Origin: a virus
Taxonomy: Duplodnaviria > Heunggongvirae > Uroviricota > Caudoviricetes
Length of the DNA stretch: 64,000 nucleotides
Direction: 5' to 3' (one strand)
IMG/VR virus record: IMGVR_UViG_3300022555_003200
Shown here piece after piece: positions 62,805 through 64,000 of the stretch. Positions within the stretch are counted from its first letter, which is position 1, and each line of letters opens with the position of its first letter. A program made the position numbers and the translations under genes. The notes under the pieces are model-generated. The model was not told the origin of the DNA and did not search any database. It saw nothing but the letters and a program-made list of their open reading frames with translations.

Positions 62805-63680
62805 ATGGCAACTGACCTCGGGGCTACAGGACTTAGCGTAAATGATGATAAGTTCTACGGAACTTATCGCGGTATCGTTGTAGACAATAGTGACCCATTG
62901 CATCTAGGTAGGATAAAAGTTCAAGTCATCCCGTACTTCGTTGGAATAGATAAAGACATTTTACCGTGGGCTACTCCTAAGAACCCGTTAGTCGAGGGGT
63001 CTTGCGGGGGCGCTAGTGGTTACGGAGGATTAGCCGGCTCAGCGGCGTCAGGATACAGTGGGTACGGAACGTTCGCAGTTCCTCAGGTTAACTCCCAAGT
63101 GTGGGTGTTCTTTGAGGCCGGTGACTTGTACCAACCTGTGTATGACGGCGAAGCACAGGACGCAATGCGTGGAGTTCCGATCGACGCGAACACCAATTAC
63201 CCGAACCGCAAGGTTACAAAGACTGTTTGCGGAATAACGACCATCATCGACAACGTAGACAAACAGGCGATCATATACACGGCCTATGGTATCAACGGAA
63301 CGATCGATGACAAGAACAAGACTGTCACGATCAGCACTCCTGGCGGGATCATTGGGAAGATAGATGACGCGAATAGCACCATAACCATCACGCATCCATC
63401 GGGGTCGTTCATAGAGTTCTTTCCAGATGGGAACATTCAAGTTATGGCGGTAAAAGACGATGCAAATATATACATGAAGGTTGGCAAGGGCAACATCAAC
63501 CTTGAGGCTACAAATAATGAGATCAATCTAGTGGCAGGGGGGTCTGTGAACATACAGGCGCCAGAGACAGTTGTGGACGGAAACCTGCGTGTCGGGACCG
63601 GGGACACGGGGACATTTGTCACCGGGACAGGGGATACAGTCACGGTGGATAACGGGATTATTACTGGGGGGCTAATGTAA
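62805..63680 (+). CDS. gp5: gp5/VgrG-like spike with OB fold (no lysozyme domain seen)
   Basis: YRGIVVDNSDP..GRIKV, VPQVNSQVWVFFEAGD, HPSGSFIEF. Confidence 0.85.
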   Translation: MATDLGATGLSVNDDKFYGTYRGIVVDNSDPLHLGRIKVQVIPYFVGIDKDILPWATPKNPLVEGSCGGASGYGGLAGSAASGYSGYGTFAVPQVNSQVWVFFEAGDLYQPVYDGEAQDAMRGVPIDANTNYPNRKVTKTVCGITTIIDNVDKQAIIYTAYGINGTIDDKNKTVTISTPGGIIGKIDDANSTITITHPSGSFIEFFPDGNIQVMAVKDDANIYMKVGKGNINLEATNNEINLVAGGSVNIQAPETVVDGNLRVGTGDTGTFVTGTGDTVTVDNGIITGGLM

Positions 63681-64000
63681 TGGATATGACGCTTAATACA
63701 ATTCAGTGGTACTTGGGGTCGTCTGGTGTTCCGCTGGACACATCTAAGATCACTGTAGTAGCTGGTGCTATCACAAAGTGGACTGAGACGCAGGTTCCGG
63801 AGCCAACGGTCGCTGAGCTGGCGACGATCAAGACGAACTATGAGGCAGCGTATTCCACTGCTATCACGGACTTCAGCGAGTATTCTGATTTTTATGACAA
63901 CATGATCGATAAGATCAATGGTATCCCGAATTGCAAAGAGCTTGAGGCGTACGCGCAGAAGCTTGTTACGGAGTACTTTACCAACATGATGAAGGATCAG
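63680..64000 (+). CDS. partial hypothetical protein (runs off window)
   Basis: TAATG overlap; frame open to base 64000. Confidence 0.55.
   Translation, partial: MDMTLNTIQWYLGSSGVPLDTSKITVVAGAITKWTETQVPEPTVAELATIKTNYEAAYSTAITDFSEYSDFYDNMIDKINGIPNCKELEAYAQKLVTEYFTNMMKDQ

Noticed and set aside
192-63643. Numerous minus-strand ORFs in the track
   Set aside because: They are antisense shadows of densely packed plus-strand genes with no recognisable motifs.
1-64000. Alternative genetic code or stop-codon reassignment
   Set aside because: Conserved genes are full length under the standard code, with TAA, TAG and TGA all used as coupled stops.
1-64000. Diversity-generating retroelement
   Set aside because: No reverse transcriptase and no adenine-specific TR/VR pair; the 71-nt repeats are ordinary duplications.

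Overview
64-kb segment of a large T4-like myovirus genome (head and contractile-tail morphogenesis module). All credible genes are on the + strand and read in the standard genetic code. Structural backbone: gp20-like portal (1945-8064, four HNH inteins), gp21-like prohead protease fused to a scaffold-like coiled coil, gp23-like major capsid, gp13/14/15-like neck and tail terminator, gp18 sheath, two gp19-like tube proteins, gp26-like hub chaperone, putative tape measure, gp48/gp53/gp27/gp5-like baseplate. Main observations: (1) The 29.5 kb between portal and protease holds a tandem array of genes sharing an N-terminal leader (MS[LF]ExDIxx[IL]Kx[ML][VMF]E). By manual count, 36 copies of a tag [ILMV]xE-[AS]x(1-4)-[VI]F[KR]AA[SG]xE[ED]xxxR occur in 19 ORFs (one outlying ORF at 44908), each heading an unrelated cargo domain, with up to 6 per polypeptide. 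This resembles a modular capsid-packaged, protease-processed polyprotein delivery system. That function is inference. (2) A cold-shock protein gene missed by the ORF track is split by a 627-nt group I intron encoding a LAGLIDADG endonuclease. (3) There is a heavy load of selfish elements: 4 inteins, 1 intron, 6 free-standing endonucleases and 2 decayed HNH genes. (4) Small structured elements occur, including a three-way junction/pseudoknot over an RBS and a 22-nt covarying element in three copies. No CRISPR array, tRNA or rRNA was seen. Family names come from motif recognition, not database searches.
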